Shown: positions 40,011 through 53,253 of the stretch, one piece after another | Numbering within the stretch: position 1 is the first letter of the stretch | Layout: every line of letters begins with the position of its first letter | Source: Bigelowiella natans CCMP2755 | Taxonomy: Eukaryota; Protista; Cercozoa | NCBI GenBank assembly: GCA_000320545.1 | Contig: ADNK01001960.1 | Coordinates: 62,001 to 126,000 of the forward strand | Direction of reading: 5' to 3' | DNA length: 64,000 nt | Translations under genes and position numbers: made by a program | Notes under the pieces: model-generated | What the model was told of the DNA's origin: nothing | The model's database searches: none | Seen by the model: only the letters and a program-made list of their open reading frames with translations

Positions 40011-41184
40011 TTTCTTTTCGCCTCCGCCATTGGACTGAAAATATGTATGCAGTAATTCATCTACGGGCATAAAAAAGAGCTTGTACAAACTCTTTCACAA
40101 ATTTTTTGAAGGGCTAATATTGCGCACCATTTGCAGATATCTCCTAATCATGTAATTTATAAAATACTTGTGAATACAAGAGATCACTAACTTGCATGGC
40201 GGGCGTGTGGCTTCGAGCCCTTTCGGTTGTTTTCAGGCCCTTATCACTTTGTAAGCTGAAATGTTGTGGTACATAAAATTAAATTAATTTAGCTTTGCCC
40301 AGTGCATACTCAACCAAACTGAACATAGGGACTTCTTCACCCTAAAAATCTCTAATAGAACTGTCATCCCTCATAATCTATTTCCTGTTTTAACTATTTC
40401 TCTCCATATATTCTAAATAATTCCACTGGATCACAGATATATGTGTACATCCTGAACTCCTCCAGATGTGAAATGAATCATACAATCGCACCCACTGACT
40501 ATTTAAATCTCGTGTACATCTCGCCCAACTTGATAATAATCTTAATTTTTTCTTACAGTAGGAATAACTACATATTTACGTGTAGTTTCATAAAATAATC
40601 CTTCCCGCCCTCCCCCCCCCCCCCCCTCGGAGGGGCTACACTTGCACTCGTCGGTCATCTACCGTTGCCACGAAACTGTACGAGGTTTTCCAGCCCTAGC
40701 TATGATTCTATTTGTAAGTGGTCAAGCAAAAATATCATTCGATCATACACTGCGACATAAATAATATTGAACAATAATGAAAATTAGAAGGCGTTGACAT
40801 TCCGTTTAGTGGTCTCTAATTCTTCTTAACTGTCGGTTTCCAAACCCTCACTAACTGTCAATAGAGTCAAGCTATTTAGAGTCTGCGTCATCCATTTATT
40901 TTTGAAAATTGATTTTTGATAAAATATCATCCGATTCCGCGCATGCGGCATGAAATTCCGAAAGTATCAGTGCCTACAAAGCCATCGCGTCAAAAAATAT
41001 TCTCTTGGTAGTTGGAGTTCCGAAGTCTCAGTCTCACTGTTGCTGAACGAAAACATGAATTCCGTCCAAGATGTTTAGATATGTCACTATGTCACTTGTC
41101 GCTCAGTTTTATTCCCATGGAATTCAAAGATACAAATTCTCAAGAAATCGCTTTGAACTCTGTCCTGTCGCGTGCTCGAAGCAA
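40011..41184. promoter_or_regulatory. Divergent intergenic/promoter region between dynein and fibrillin genes
   Basis: Positional only: AT-rich, lies between two opposite-facing start codons. Confidence 0.35.
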
Positions 41185-42131
41185 ATGTTGATGCCAAGTT
41201 GCACGGCCCTCGTCGCGCTCCTCGTTACCATCGTTTTGATACTTTCGATGAATATCAGAGTTGGCGGTTTGCAATTGCGAAGCCCTCCTTCTCCGCATAT
41301 GCGAAAAAGGTTACTAGCATTTTTCAACTGAGAGATAACTATGAATTATGTTCGAAGTTCGCATAATCACACCAGGCACGTTTCCCTCGCTTATTCCAAC
41401 AACGGACGGCCCTCGTTTCATAAAGGTGTCTCGCCTCAAGCGATATCATCCGAATCTAATCCCTCAACGGATTCCATTTCCGCTCTGAATTTAAGAGTGG
41501 ACACTGAAATACTAAAAGAGAATTTGAAGCAGCTACTCAAGAAAAATGACGGCGACACCGCGACGCAACAAGTCACAGACACTCTCAAAAAGATCTCCGA
41601 AATCTGGAGATCAAAGTTACCTGAAGCTACAACGCTGACTGAAGAGAACTGCACCGGCAATTACGGCGTGATCTCCCGAATAGAGTGCTAATCTATCTCC
41701 TTTTTTATATCGTGCTTGCCCTTTACTGTTTCGTAATGTAGGTATCCTGGCTGCCTTGGAAAAGACGAGGAAGGGTAGTATGATATCATAGTGTTTAGAT
41801 GATATAGCTTTTTAAATTGTGGTCGCAAGTCTCAAGGAAAATTTTGATTCAAAATAATTAAGAATAAACTGACCAGGTACTTCAGATACACCCTTGGAAG
41901 AACATGGTAGTAACGACAACACTAAACGACACCTTTAGATGCACAGAAAGAACATCAAAAGCTTGCTCATTCATTTTCTTGGTACTTTTCATTTAAATCC
42001 ACGCAGCTTCAACATATTCAAGCCCAGCGACCTTATCGTCTCCATCAAGAACGTTAGAAATCCTGTTCAGATGTTGGCACAGGAAGAAGAAAATGGAGTT
42101 CAGAGACCGAGGGGGGCTATGTCCTACAAAA

Positions 42132-42181
<50 letters not shown>

Positions 42182-42996
42182 ATGCGTGTGTGTGTGTGTG
42201 CATGTATGTACGTGTATTCATGTAGCTCTTCTATTTCTAGCAGTTGGTGATATGAATTGGCTGATATTTTTAGCGGTAATCGACTTGGTCATCCGTACAC
42301 CTGACGGCGAGAAGATGGACGCAGTACTGACAAATAATGCGGTGATGAGAGAATAGTGACGGAAACGTTGAAGATGATGAGGATGATGATGATGATAGAT
42401 TGAGGATGGTGGCGGAATCTCTCTGCACATGTGTCTCTCACTGTGCGTTTATCATATCGTCCGTCAAGTTATTTTGCTATGTTTTCTAATTTATGATAAG
42501 ATCTGCTGGCCATCCGCTGAAAAGGGGCGCGACAAAGACAGATTGGATGTAATGTTCACGGGGGGAGAACTGCGTCCTGCCCCTTCAACTGATATCGACC
42601 TGTGGAAAAGCATATTTGAGCCTGCGTATGGAAGAAAACTCGGTAATTTTACCCAAGAATGCGATATTTGATGGAGGAGGCCGCTTTATTTCCTTTTTCT
42701 TAAGAGAGTCATAGATAGCCTTGCTTCACCCACGCCTCCTAATATACTGTAAAACTATTATTGTCGTGTTGAGTTGTGAATATATGCTTGCAGGCATGAT
42801 ACAAAGAGTCAAGAAATTTTTGTTGCGGAAACTATTGGGTATCAAGTCTCCAGAGAGCGTCAAATCAGACGGATCGATGGCATTTGAAATGCAGAAGTCC
42901 CCCAAAGGTTATCTGGATATCCTCTACAACGACAGCGAGATGCGAATCACTAAAGGTAATAGAGGAAGTATTATCGTTGCGACAAAAAGAAAGTGA
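41185..42996 (+). CDS. PAP/fibrillin-family plastid lipid-associated protein with bipartite targeting leader, multi-exon
   Basis: Leader MLMPSCTALVALLVTIVLILSMNIRVGGLQLRSPPSPHMRK|SSHNHTRH.. (48-nt intron 41310-41357 keeps frame); internal YTLGRTCFNIFKP; C-terminal KGYLDILYNDSEMRITKGNRGSIIVA fits the fibrillin lipocalin-like end. Confidence 0.8.
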
Positions 42997-44167
42997 TCAC
43001 GAAGCACATACACACCTATAGCTAAGTAAGCAGTGCATCTTGCCATACAGTGAGCTCGATAATGTTTTGCAGCTATGCATAATACGAGAGTCGGCATAAT
43101 ATATTGTTCGTGAGCGCAAACCTACGCCATCCGCAGGGTGCGTGTGCGTTGTATAGTTGTCCACACATATGTAATGTTTATATGTTTATGGCAAATGATT
43201 AATATGCCGCGTTGCTCCGTTCCTCCTTATGCCGTGCACACTATGCACATACAAATGTCCACAACGGCGGACATGTAATGTTTGTATGTATGTGCACACA
43301 GCCATGTAAATCGTACATATGTACTTATATATACATGATCTAGGCAGCCATGCTACATTGTGCAAAACATAACATATAACATGAGAATTCGCTCGTATAT
43401 TGCATGTACAACGTTGTGCAGTTGTGCAGCGCCAACATCTGCATATTAGCGGCCACATGTAGACATGTCGCAACGTCAGCGCATGTTATTGATGTGAAGA
43501 ATCTAATGGTAAGTTTATATATTACACATTGCTGCTAGGACAAGTTCATGAACATGTACATATACATGCAAATAAATGCGCAAGCGCTAATCGCTGTTGA
43601 TGCAAATCAATGACATGTTATGTTCCGTGCAAATAAGAGCTTACTAGTCAGGCGGATAATGAGTGTATCCAAAGCATCAGACGATTATGTATGTCATGCA
43701 TATCAATATATGCACTGCTAATCTACTCACTAGCCGATAGATAATCGAAGCTACGTAGTAGGTACAACTATACCATTTAGTGTGTAAGCGTACTCTCGGT
43801 AGCTCTAGGAGGTATGACTTTACATTTGTTTACGATCATGATTGTAGTTTGCTGCACTCAAGTTTATGTACGTATATGTAAAATATTTTACGACTTCTTT
43901 TGTGGAGCGATATTTGAGAAACTTAATCTAACTCGCAATCATTTTCCAGGTTCCTGTTTTTTTTGAACAACTTCCATGACTCTTTCCCGACGTGCATTAC
44001 TCTCATCGCGAAGATGCTCAATTCTCTGTCATTAGTAGAAAACATTTAGGATGAACGCCAGCGTGCATGGCTTATGAATACCTTTCTAGCATGCTTCTCG
44101 GCGTAGTTGTTCGTGTACTGCATCAGCCGATATCCGAAGGCAATCGGCAGTGTGATGTAAAGAAATG

Positions 44168-44526
44168 TCACGCTGAGCGAAAAGGTTTCATTCGATTAGC
44201 CTCCCAGAGTATAGTCAAAAAGTCTGCTAGCTTAGAGCTGCAAAAGTGGGAAAGATTTCGAGGACACGCCTGGAAGACAGCGATTGTCTCATGTGCCACG
44301 TCGCCCTCCCCCGCCTGAAAAGTGATGGTTGAAACTAAAAAGGTTGGCACTCACAAGGTTCGAGCCTTAGGTCCAAGAGGTATTCTAGTGTTATGAATCC
44401 TTTTCTTGAGCTTCTCGTGCCCCTGGGACACGTTTCTGAAAAAGGACCACATGTTCCGACGTCGTTCCTGTAGGGTGGGGGAGTTCGGATGAATGGCCCA
44501 GAAACTTGCTGCTGATTTTCAGTCAA
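44168..44526 (-). CDS. Possible small spliced gene divergent from NAF1
   Basis: A clear GTGAGT...TTTTCAG intron near 44318-44352 on the minus strand with open flanks; reading frame and product not resolved. Confidence 0.2.
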
Positions 44527-45155
44527 TTGGATAGAAGTTTTCGGCTTATAAAACTACCACGTTTTTATTCCACACTCTGCTTGCGACAAAGCCGTAGATC
44601 TTCAATCATCAAGATTTCTGGTTCAATTTGATGCTAAAATGTACGATGTTTTGTGGTCGGGACCAACTCTACCGGATCACTGGAGACTGAACTGTCAGGA
44701 CTTTGAGACACAGATGTTTGTGGTATAATAATACGTTCCGAATTGTAAGATCCGCGGTAGAATCAGTTTCTCCGTCTTTCACGGCACGCATGCAAACATC
44801 CTATAATATGCGGCGAATATCTGAATATTTTTCACTGCCGCAGGGCACCGAAGCAGCCGAGTGGAGCCCGGAGAGTCAGAGAGAGTCAGGTGCTCCCCGC
44901 AACGTGGTCTTTGCTACCGCTTACACACCTGCATCTCAGTTTCTAGGGGAGGGCGGGGTTGGATTGCGGATGTAGAATTTTTATGTTGCAAGCCTCCTCC
45001 TCCTCCTTCTCCTTATATTAGATATACTGTCAGGCATTCAACACTGCATGCCCCCCCCGAGTAACTGTTCCATACCCCTAGAAGCAAGTAGGCCGCCTAC
45101 TACTACGACTACCACCACCACCACCACTACTACCACATAATAGCGTCACTGCAGG

Positions 45156-45257
45156 ATGGTCAACGAAGATGGTAAGATCGATGGAAAGCAGCAGCAGCAG
45201 CAGCAACAACAAAAGCAAGACGAACAGTCCAAACAGAATGAGGATGGTGATGATAGC

Positions 45258-45292
<35 letters not shown>

Positions 45293-46791
45293 GAGCGGGG
45301 GGAACAACGGCAAGAATGGAGAAACGGCTCAGCAGCAACCGGATACAAAGGGTGAAGAAAGAAATGATGACGATGGCAAAGGTCACTAGCTTTTTATCTA
45401 AAAAAGTTCTAAATTAACGAATATTTCTTACTGGCATTGGGAGAGATTATGTGTGCTGTTTCTCCCGTATTTGGCGTATTTTTCAAAGATGGTAACGGGG
45501 ATATTGCTGCCGAGAGCTATGATGATACACTGACAAGCGGTGTTGAGCCGAGATATGGGGACCTTTCAGGTTGTTGCGAAAATTTAAATCATTACGGGGG
45601 AGGGGGTTCATGCTTGTTTTTGTGTCGATGCCTCCGCTTCGAATGATGCAATAACTCGAAGTTTCTTATCTTCTGTCGCAATATGTACTCGTTGTCGTAT
45701 TTGATGTGTGATATTCTCCGGCCACAGGTTCTGAAAGCGGAGAGGAAGACGATGAAGAGGAATCGGAATCGGAAGAGGAAGAAGACATAGAAGAAATCGA
45801 TTATGCAGAGATTATGAAATCAGGAAAGTCCCTTCTAGACACTCTCCTCCCTGGGGGCAAAAAGAAGAAGAAGAAAGCTCATAAGGACAACTATATCCGA
45901 GAGCTGCACCTCACCGGAGATCTCGCTAAGGACCATGCTACGCTCACAGCTCTTATGAAAACCCGGAACTCAAACGATGGTGGGGGCGATGATGGAGACG
46001 ATGATGGAGACAATGATGGAAACGACGATGGAGACAACGATGGAGACGACGATGACGATTCAGATGATTCAGACGAGTAATGACGCACATCATTCACTCA
46101 TATATACTTAAGTGTGCCTTCGAGCCTTGTTTTTTAAAAGTGTACTCAACCCAATAATCTAAAATGCACTTCTTTATATGAAAGTACACATCGTTCTTTA
46201 CTACTACCCTGTTACATCTCGCTGAGTCCCCCCCCCCCCTCTGTTATTGTTTGGAAGAAGCTATAATACCCTCTTTGTTAAATGCCTTTGAGAGCGAGTA
46301 TTCTGGCATGATCTTCTCATTTCACATCAGCGATGACAACAAGGAGGTCGTATCCGAAAAAGAAACTAAAAAGAATGATGGTGGGTCCCGCACACTATGT
46401 ATATATTTATGTACGCCATCCTATCATGAGTGAATGAAGAGTGTCGTATCTTCCTCTCCCAATCAAATCACCTAATAAAAACAACAGCAACAATCTGATA
46501 ATATTAGCATCCAACATATATTAAGTCGCTTGCAAAAGCGATTTCCTGAATGATTCGTCAATTATTAGCCGCAGGAGATTCAGCATCAGTCAAGGAGCAG
46601 CCATTACTGCGCCGTCCTGCAGCTACCTCGAAAGAGGATATGCTTCTTCCCTTAGTCGAGGACTTTGGCCATATCGACGTTCCAAAGAGTGGAAAGCTAT
46701 TAGAGGCGGGGAGTGTTTCTGCCAACGTGGGGACGAGGGTCGTCGTTCAGGGAGCGCTGCAGCAGAACCCACAGGCAATTGACCAAGGTAT

Positions 46792-46829
<38 letters not shown>

Positions 46830-48386
46830 CAACGATTCATGCTCCTTGATGGTGGAAGAGTAGGATTGTCCTGACGACCTCTACGACGACGAAATGACGA
46901 TGATGTTCTACTGCTACTTCTTAGTAGAGTGCTGTTTGCAGATATTCTGTTGTCGTAGTAGAAGGAATTCAAGTCTCCCTCCCTCGCTCTTTCTCTATGA
47001 TACACTTTGAGGTACTATTCTGTTGCTGGAGGATCGAACACCAATCGGCATCATCGACGAGGTGTTTGGGCCTGTGAAAGAGCCTTTCTACGTGCTACGA
47101 TACAACACGGAGGAAGACGTCAACTCGAAGCTTCACGTCGGCAAAAAGGTAGCAAGTAGTAGTAAGTAGCAGGAACGTGTGATGGAGGAGGAGGAGGAGG
47201 AGGAGGAGGAGGAGGAGGCGTATGATTCATTGCGAGCATGCAATCTCCCCCCCCCCCTCCCCCCCCCCTCTCTCTCTTCCTCGCGTATAGAACTCGCGTG
47301 ACTGATATTACGTCGCGCGCATTATCAGGTGTTCTATCTAGGAGAGATGGTCAAGTTTGTGCTCGCTGCAGCGGTAAGACGAAATTCCAACAATGTGCGC
47401 GCGCGCGCACACACTCACACAGAGAGAGGGGGGGGGGGGGGGAGGTGGGTGTGGAGGGTGAAGAGAAATACAGATGTCATCAAATGGTTTTGTTTCTTTC
47501 TATTCTGCTGCATATGGCGCACAGGTGAAGGATAAAGGCACCGACGCCTCCACCATCAATGATCAGGAAGTAACGAACCCCAAGGAGATGGACTTTTCCG
47601 ATGATGAGGAGGAGCGTAGGGTGAAAGCCAGCCTAAGAAGAGGCCAGGCAGCAGCATCAGCAAGATGCAGATGGTGAACGCGCGGAGGGTAAAGAGAACA
47701 ATAACAGCACCAAACGAAAAAGACATAGATCCTCGTGGCAAGGGGGAGGCAATCACAATTACCGCGGTCGCGGCCGTGGCCGTGGCCATGGACGTCGCCA
47801 GCATGGAGGAGGAGGGGGAGGAAGAGGACGATACGCGTCGTATAACCAGTATAATCTTCCTCCGCAAAATCATTTCCCTCCTCCAGCCCTTCATCATCCT
47901 TCTCATCAATATTCTCGTCATCCTTATCAACACGCTCGTCATCAAGGCCATCCTACTCCGCCTCCTCCTCCTCCTCCTCCTTATTTTCATCATAGTAGCT
48001 TTCGTCAGGGGGCTCCCTACCAGGTCACACAGCCACTCTCTTTCCGCCCTTCTCTTGTGTCTTGTTCGTCGTATCTATCTGCGGCATCGCTGACTTTTTA
48101 GGGAAAATGACAAATAGCTGTACTAACTACCACAATTCGTCTCGTTGTTGATAATAAGAGATCCATACTGTCTGTGTCTGATGTGTGTGAACTCTCTTTC
48201 CTTGCAAACTAGGGCAATCCTCGATTCTCACAGCGGCAGCATCAGCAGCATCAGCAGCATCAGCAGCAGTTCAACGGTTTACCTGACACCCACCGTCCGA
48301 GTCCTTTCTACAACAACAACTACGTGCCACCGCCAAACGGCCCTCAACCACACGGCTATCCGTATCACCAAACGCCGCAACAGTAG
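45156..48386 (+). CDS. NAF1: H/ACA snoRNP assembly factor NAF1 (Gar1/Naf1 domain), multi-exon; true start may be upstream
   Basis: Acidic low-complexity N-terminus; VVVQG...LEDRTPIGIIDEVFGPVKEPFYVLRY; KGTDASTINDQEV...DFSDDEEER; RGG-rich and P/Q/Y-rich C-terminus ending TAG at 48384-48386. Confidence 0.88.
45980..46075 (+). repeat. Coding minisatellite (GATGGAGAC-type units) giving a D/G/N-rich tract in NAF1
   Basis: GATGGAGACGAT/GATGGAGACAAT/GATGGAAACGAC repeats read DGDD/DGDN/DGND. Confidence 0.7.
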
Positions 48387-49105
48387 CAACAGACTCTCCC
48401 ACCTTTGTGTCGCACCCAACGGCAAGCGGTCGATCCACTTGACGCCCTATCTAGAATGACACTGAACAACGCAGACGAGCGCATTGTTGCCGCACGGTCG
48501 CGTCACTGCTGCTGATGTGCGCATCAGCGCATGCGGCCATGCAGCACTCAGTTCTGTGAGTGTCAAACGCGACATGACATGCCAACTCCCAAGCTAGCAA
48601 GGTGCGTGACATGGACACAGCTAGACAGCGAACATTCCTGCGGAGCAGCAAGCGCACTCATCACATGACCACATGTCACCCAGCTGCTCATGAACGCAGC
48701 GCAGGGCTAACAATTGTGTGCATCCTCAGCTGTCATCACTCAGATTGCCATCATTGCTCATCACGACATGTGTGTGTGTGTGTGTGCGTGCGCTGTCGGC
48801 AAAATGATGCTCGTCCTGCAATGTGAAATGACGGGGAAATTCGATCTGCGACATGTCAAGATGTCGTCTCAGCTCGCATTCGTGCTCTTTACTGCTGCGC
48901 CGGTAGCTGCTGTGACAAGAATGATGTGTGCGCAGAACATACATCAGCGCGACATCTCGATTGAGCATGTCGCGATTCCGAAAAGGAGGCAGCAATTCGA
49001 ACGAATGCCCATCATCCGTCCATCAATCCTTCCATCATCCGCTCATCCGTAGCACGAGATGACCAAATCACTCACAACGGCGGTGTAACAGCAACATGTG
49101 CGTTT

Positions 49106-50471
49106 TTGGTTCCTCCCCGCGCGCCCACATACACTCTCCACCAACTCATCTGTTTCATGGTGTCCGACACCTTTGTACTCGACATTTGCTTCTCTCTCAG
49201 CTTCTTCCTCCTCGGATGCGTCGCCGTGACCTCGCTCCTCACGGACGGAAGCGCAAAGAAGAACCCTGATAGAATCCAGTGGAAACGAGTGTTCCTGAAG
49301 TAAGTGTTCTGCTCTCGTGAAAGTTAATGCTTTCAAAAGACGTAATGCAGCATAATCGGTGATGGATTTTCCCTGCATCAGATCCATATGGAAAATATTT
49401 TAACTTAAAAAATAAAAATTTTGCAGGCTTTGTGTTGCGCAATGTATATCGGAGACGATCTACCATATTTGCCTCCCTAGAGGGCCCTTAACAGTCCCAT
49501 GGCAAGTCCATGTCTTCTTTGTGCGTTTCCTCTATGTCACCGGATCAGCTCTTGTACTGTCGTTCTTTTACTCGACTTTCAGTGGATACTATCTTTCCAC
49601 AAATCTGGCCAATTCTACGATACCATACCACATGCAGATTGTCTATGTAATTTCTCTTACTTTGATGACTGCAACAAACCTTATCAGTGCAATCGCTATC
49701 ATAGCAACTGATGAAGAGCGGTTCGAATCCATATCTACGGGAGGTTTAGCTCTTACTGTACTGATTCTTACGCCATACATTATATATCTCTGTGTCAGTC
49801 TTCGAAAACTTATCACTGAAATTTACAGTAAATCAACTGAAGATGATAAGGATATCGAGATTGTTAAAGTTGAAATAAAGTCTTCTTACGATCCAAGAGA
49901 TGCATGCTCAGGCAACATCTCGTCAGCAAATGAGAGCAAGGCATTCCCTTCCAAAATTAGTCCGCATTCAGACATAACCGCGATCGAATCAAAGAATGAT
50001 TGTTCCTCATGTCGCAGCAACGTTTTACCTATTAACTCAAAGAAAAAAGGTGACTTTAAGGATTCAACCTGCAGCGCGTCTCCTATGAAAGTAAAGACAA
50101 ATATTCCTTCTGACAACCGCGATGCGTCTGCAAAGAAAAGAAATACTCCAGATTCTAAACAGGCTGCATTTGCCCGAAAAACGAAGTGCAAGTTACTTAC
50201 AACTGCGGTTCTGTTTAGTATCTGCGGTTCGGCCACTATATTTTTCTGTGGTTTATATGCGATAGAGCAAGCTGCAAGTAGCGGATCTTACAGTCAGGAC
50301 AGGCGAAATGGGGTCTACACTGACGAGGAAAGTTTCCCCGCTCGCCCTGACCTTGGATTGGGTGATCTGGTTGTGTTTAGTTTCTACGCTTTTTTCGTGT
50401 GGTTCTCCGGTGGTCCATGGACGTTTTCGCGTTTCAAAACTTGTTATTATTGTAACAATTGTTTCAAGTAA
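49106..50471 (+). CDS. Orphan multi-pass (possibly 7-TM) membrane protein
   Basis: 316-aa ORF 49521-50471 with about five hydrophobic segments and a long polar loop before the last two; upstream segments add hydrophobic helices (VLDICFSLSFFLLGCVAV) and a DPYG motif. 5' structure uncertain. Confidence 0.55.
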
Positions 50472-51049
50472 AGGGAAATAGAAATTACCAGCTGTTACAT
50501 TACACAATTCTCTCGATCCTGAAAGAGCGATCTGGTTCGAATTATTCATTTGGACTAGTTGGACGGATAGGCAGGCAGTGTATGGATAATGTTGTGCTAT
50601 GTAACATGTGATAGCATGTAATTTGCGTGACGCTAATCTCGTAGGCCATGCAGACAATATAATAATAGACACACAACAGTATACTATACATACGTTAGCT
50701 CGCGCTAGCTATCCAGTGACCAAGATGCACGCAACAATTTGGCGATCATCACATCATCAGTACAATGACTTGAGAGCAATGCCATGCTAGCATGGATGTC
50801 TACATGTGACAACTTGTGACCATGTGTGCACAATGCGCTAGCAGTCGGTTATCAAGCTAGCAAGCTGCAATACGCCGCGGCCATTTTGCCATGCTAGCAT
50901 GCTTGCATGCATCAAACCGTAGCACGATGCTACTTTGCATGCATAGATGTACCTGCTGCGAAGCTGTGACGGTCTTGTTCTAGAGCTGTGTCATTCTGTG
51001 GACTGTGGACGGTTGCCAATGATGATCTAGATAATATCTGTATTCGCTA

Positions 51050-51094
<45 letters not shown>

Positions 51095-51137
51095 ATTTCA
51101 TTACATCCGTCTCATATATAATCGCTACATCCGTCTC
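51095..51137 (-). mobile_element. Two tandem terminal motifs of the same MITE family
   Basis: TTTCATTACATCCGTCTC ending at 51113 and TACATCCGTCTC ending at 51137. Confidence 0.6.
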
Positions 51138-51510
51138 ATACATATAATCGCGCTAGGTGTATTACGGTGTTATAATATTTCAAAAGGCGCCTCTAGCGCC
51201 GCGTCGCAGCAAGTATTCATGCGTAGAACTTGACCAATTCTATGCCAGTATACTATATATATAATCAAGTCGTTATAGAAACATAATAATAATTCTGCGT
51301 AACACGAAAGTGCAATTAACTAAGTATGGTGAACTTCAAAATAAATGTGAATCATAATAAGTTACAGCATTGATTGAAAGCCTAGAAAAAAACAAGTGAC
51401 GATTAGTCCCAAAATTTTCGGATCCATCTATCTCAATGTATCAGCACATCGCTAAAACTAGATAATCCGTCGATACAAGCATGGAAACATCACAGTAGCC
51501 ACATCCTGGC

Positions 51511-53253
51511 CTACAGCTCAGATCCATGAATCCTAATTCGATAGATGCACGTGTAGGCTTCTCCATAGTTAGACTTAACTTTGAAGAGAGTGTGGTTAAA
51601 GGATTTGCCCCCTGCTTTCAAGTTAAACTGTTGCAAGCTACTCTTACCATTGAGGTCATAGGTACCCCTTCCGAGTAGTGTCTTCTCCATATCGTCTGTG
51701 TATTTGCCAGCGTTTGTACCGTAAACTTCAAAATCCTTCGGTGCTGATCCTGTTGAGAGCAAGATCTTCGGTGAAGCATGCTCCAACGAGACTTTATCTG
51801 GAACGATTCTTTTCGATAACCTGATCAGCACGAAGCCATCAGCTCCTTCCATGGACCAACAATTCCCAGGCTCGATTCCAGGCTTCAAAACTTGCGCAGG
51901 AGGATTGCGTGATATTGGTTGACTGCTCTTCAAAAAATTCATGATATTGGTCACGCCTCGTTTCTTTTGTTTATATGTCGGGGAGTGGTCGACAACACGG
52001 CCACGAGTTGCTGCCATAGCATAGTCTACAATTCCCGTACGATCCGCTGCAAACTTCTCAAGGTACTTATTGATCATTAAGTCGAGCGTATCTCCCGCCA
52101 ACTGCTCAGTCCATATTTTCAATTGGCTCATCTGTTCCCCCGCAATAGGCTGGTTAAGTGTCTTCTTAAAATTTTTCACCTCCAGCATGAACTCGCGTTT
52201 CATCTTCTCGAGTTCAGATTGAATTTCCTTCATTTTTTTTTCGGTGTAGTCCTTGGCGTGAGTGTCAACATTGGCCTTTAGCGTCGAGAGTGCGCTTTCC
52301 TGCTTCTCCATTTCGGCTCTGAACTGGTTTTGCTTGGCCTGAAGTTGATCTATTTTCTTGTGTATTTTTTCTGTGTACTCATTCATCCTTTTTTGAACCT
52401 CCTCTTTAATTGCTTTATGAAACTTGGGATTCTTTCGAATCTGTTCCTTTGCGAAGTCCGTGGCCTTCTTTACGACATCCGTGTTGTCGTTACCGAAGTT
52501 TTCGTATTTTTCGTGAAGGTTTTTCATCATTTCGTCCACCTCTGACTTTAACTTCTTTACAGTTCGATCATAGTCGCTTCCCAATGTCTTCATTTTCTGC
52601 TTAATCCTCCCATTTAGCTCTGCTTTCATTTTGCTGAAGTCGATTGCTTCACGGTTGTGCCCTGAAGGCGGCAATTGTAGGATGTAGTAGATTCCAAGGA
52701 GAAGCAGAAGGATGATAGAAATAGAGAAAATATGTTTACGGCGATCAGGCCTGTCCTCTTTTGGGGGCGTGACGGTAATGGTATATGGTGAGGTTGTGTG
52801 CGGCCTAGGAGTCGGAGCAGTGGTTGCAGCAGTAGTGGTCGTATCCCTTCCCTGCCGCACCCTGCGACGAAGACCTGCATGCGCAGCAGAAGATATTGAG
52901 AGATCTTCTTCTTCCTGCTCCTCTTCTTCTACTTCATCTATTCCTTCGAGTCCTTCCTCGTTGCCTTCGTTTGATACATCATCAAAAGATTCGACAAGAT
53001 TAACTCCTTGGATTCCCACGACTTGGCTGTTATCCTCCTGCTGTTCTCTATCCTCAGGAACACTTTCCATCAGAGGGGCCTTCTTAGAGGACTTTCTGCT
53101 GCTTTTACGAGTAGATCTACGCCGTTTTGTTGAGGACGAAGTGCTGCTGCTTCGGCGGCCAGGAGTTTTTCGCTTCCTTTTGGACTGAGCATCGCCCGGC
53201 AATTCCCGCTGCTCTGATGCGGACCTCCTCGAAGATCGTCGCGTTGTCGGCAT
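51511..53253 (-). CDS. SUN (Sad1/UNC-84) domain nuclear-envelope protein, intronless, 580 aa
   Basis: Basic/acidic nucleoplasmic N-terminus, single TM (IFSISIILLLLLGIYYIL), coiled coil, then ADRTGIVDYAM..GRVV...PGNCWSM.G..G.V.IRLS..I.P..VSLEH...SAPKDFEVYG...SNYG..YTCIYRIRIHG. Confidence 0.95.
   Translation of the reverse strand: MPTTRRSSRRSASEQRELPGDAQSKRKRKTPGRRSSSTSSSTKRRRSTRKSSRKSSKKAPLMESVPEDREQQEDNSQVVGIQGVNLVESFDDVSNEGNEEGLEGIDEVEEEEQEEEDLSISSAAHAGLRRRVRQGRDTTTTAATTAPTPRPHTTSPYTITVTPPKEDRPDRRKHIFSISIILLLLLGIYYILQLPPSGHNREAIDFSKMKAELNGRIKQKMKTLGSDYDRTVKKLKSEVDEMMKNLHEKYENFGNDNTDVVKKATDFAKEQIRKNPKFHKAIKEEVQKRMNEYTEKIHKKIDQLQAKQNQFRAEMEKQESALSTLKANVDTHAKDYTEKKMKEIQSELEKMKREFMLEVKNFKKTLNQPIAGEQMSQLKIWTEQLAGDTLDLMINKYLEKFAADRTGIVDYAMAATRGRVVDHSPTYKQKKRGVTNIMNFLKSSQPISRNPPAQVLKPGIEPGNCWSMEGADGFVLIRLSKRIVPDKVSLEHASPKILLSTGSAPKDFEVYGTNAGKYTDDMEKTLLGRGTYDLNGKSSLQQFNLKAGGKSFNHTLFKVKSNYGEAYTCIYRIRIHGSEL

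Noticed and set aside
40662-40678. X-box-like GTTGCCACGAAAC upstream of the dynein gene
   Set aside because: Imperfect single match about 650 bp from the tentative start; RFX regulation is not established for this kind of protist.
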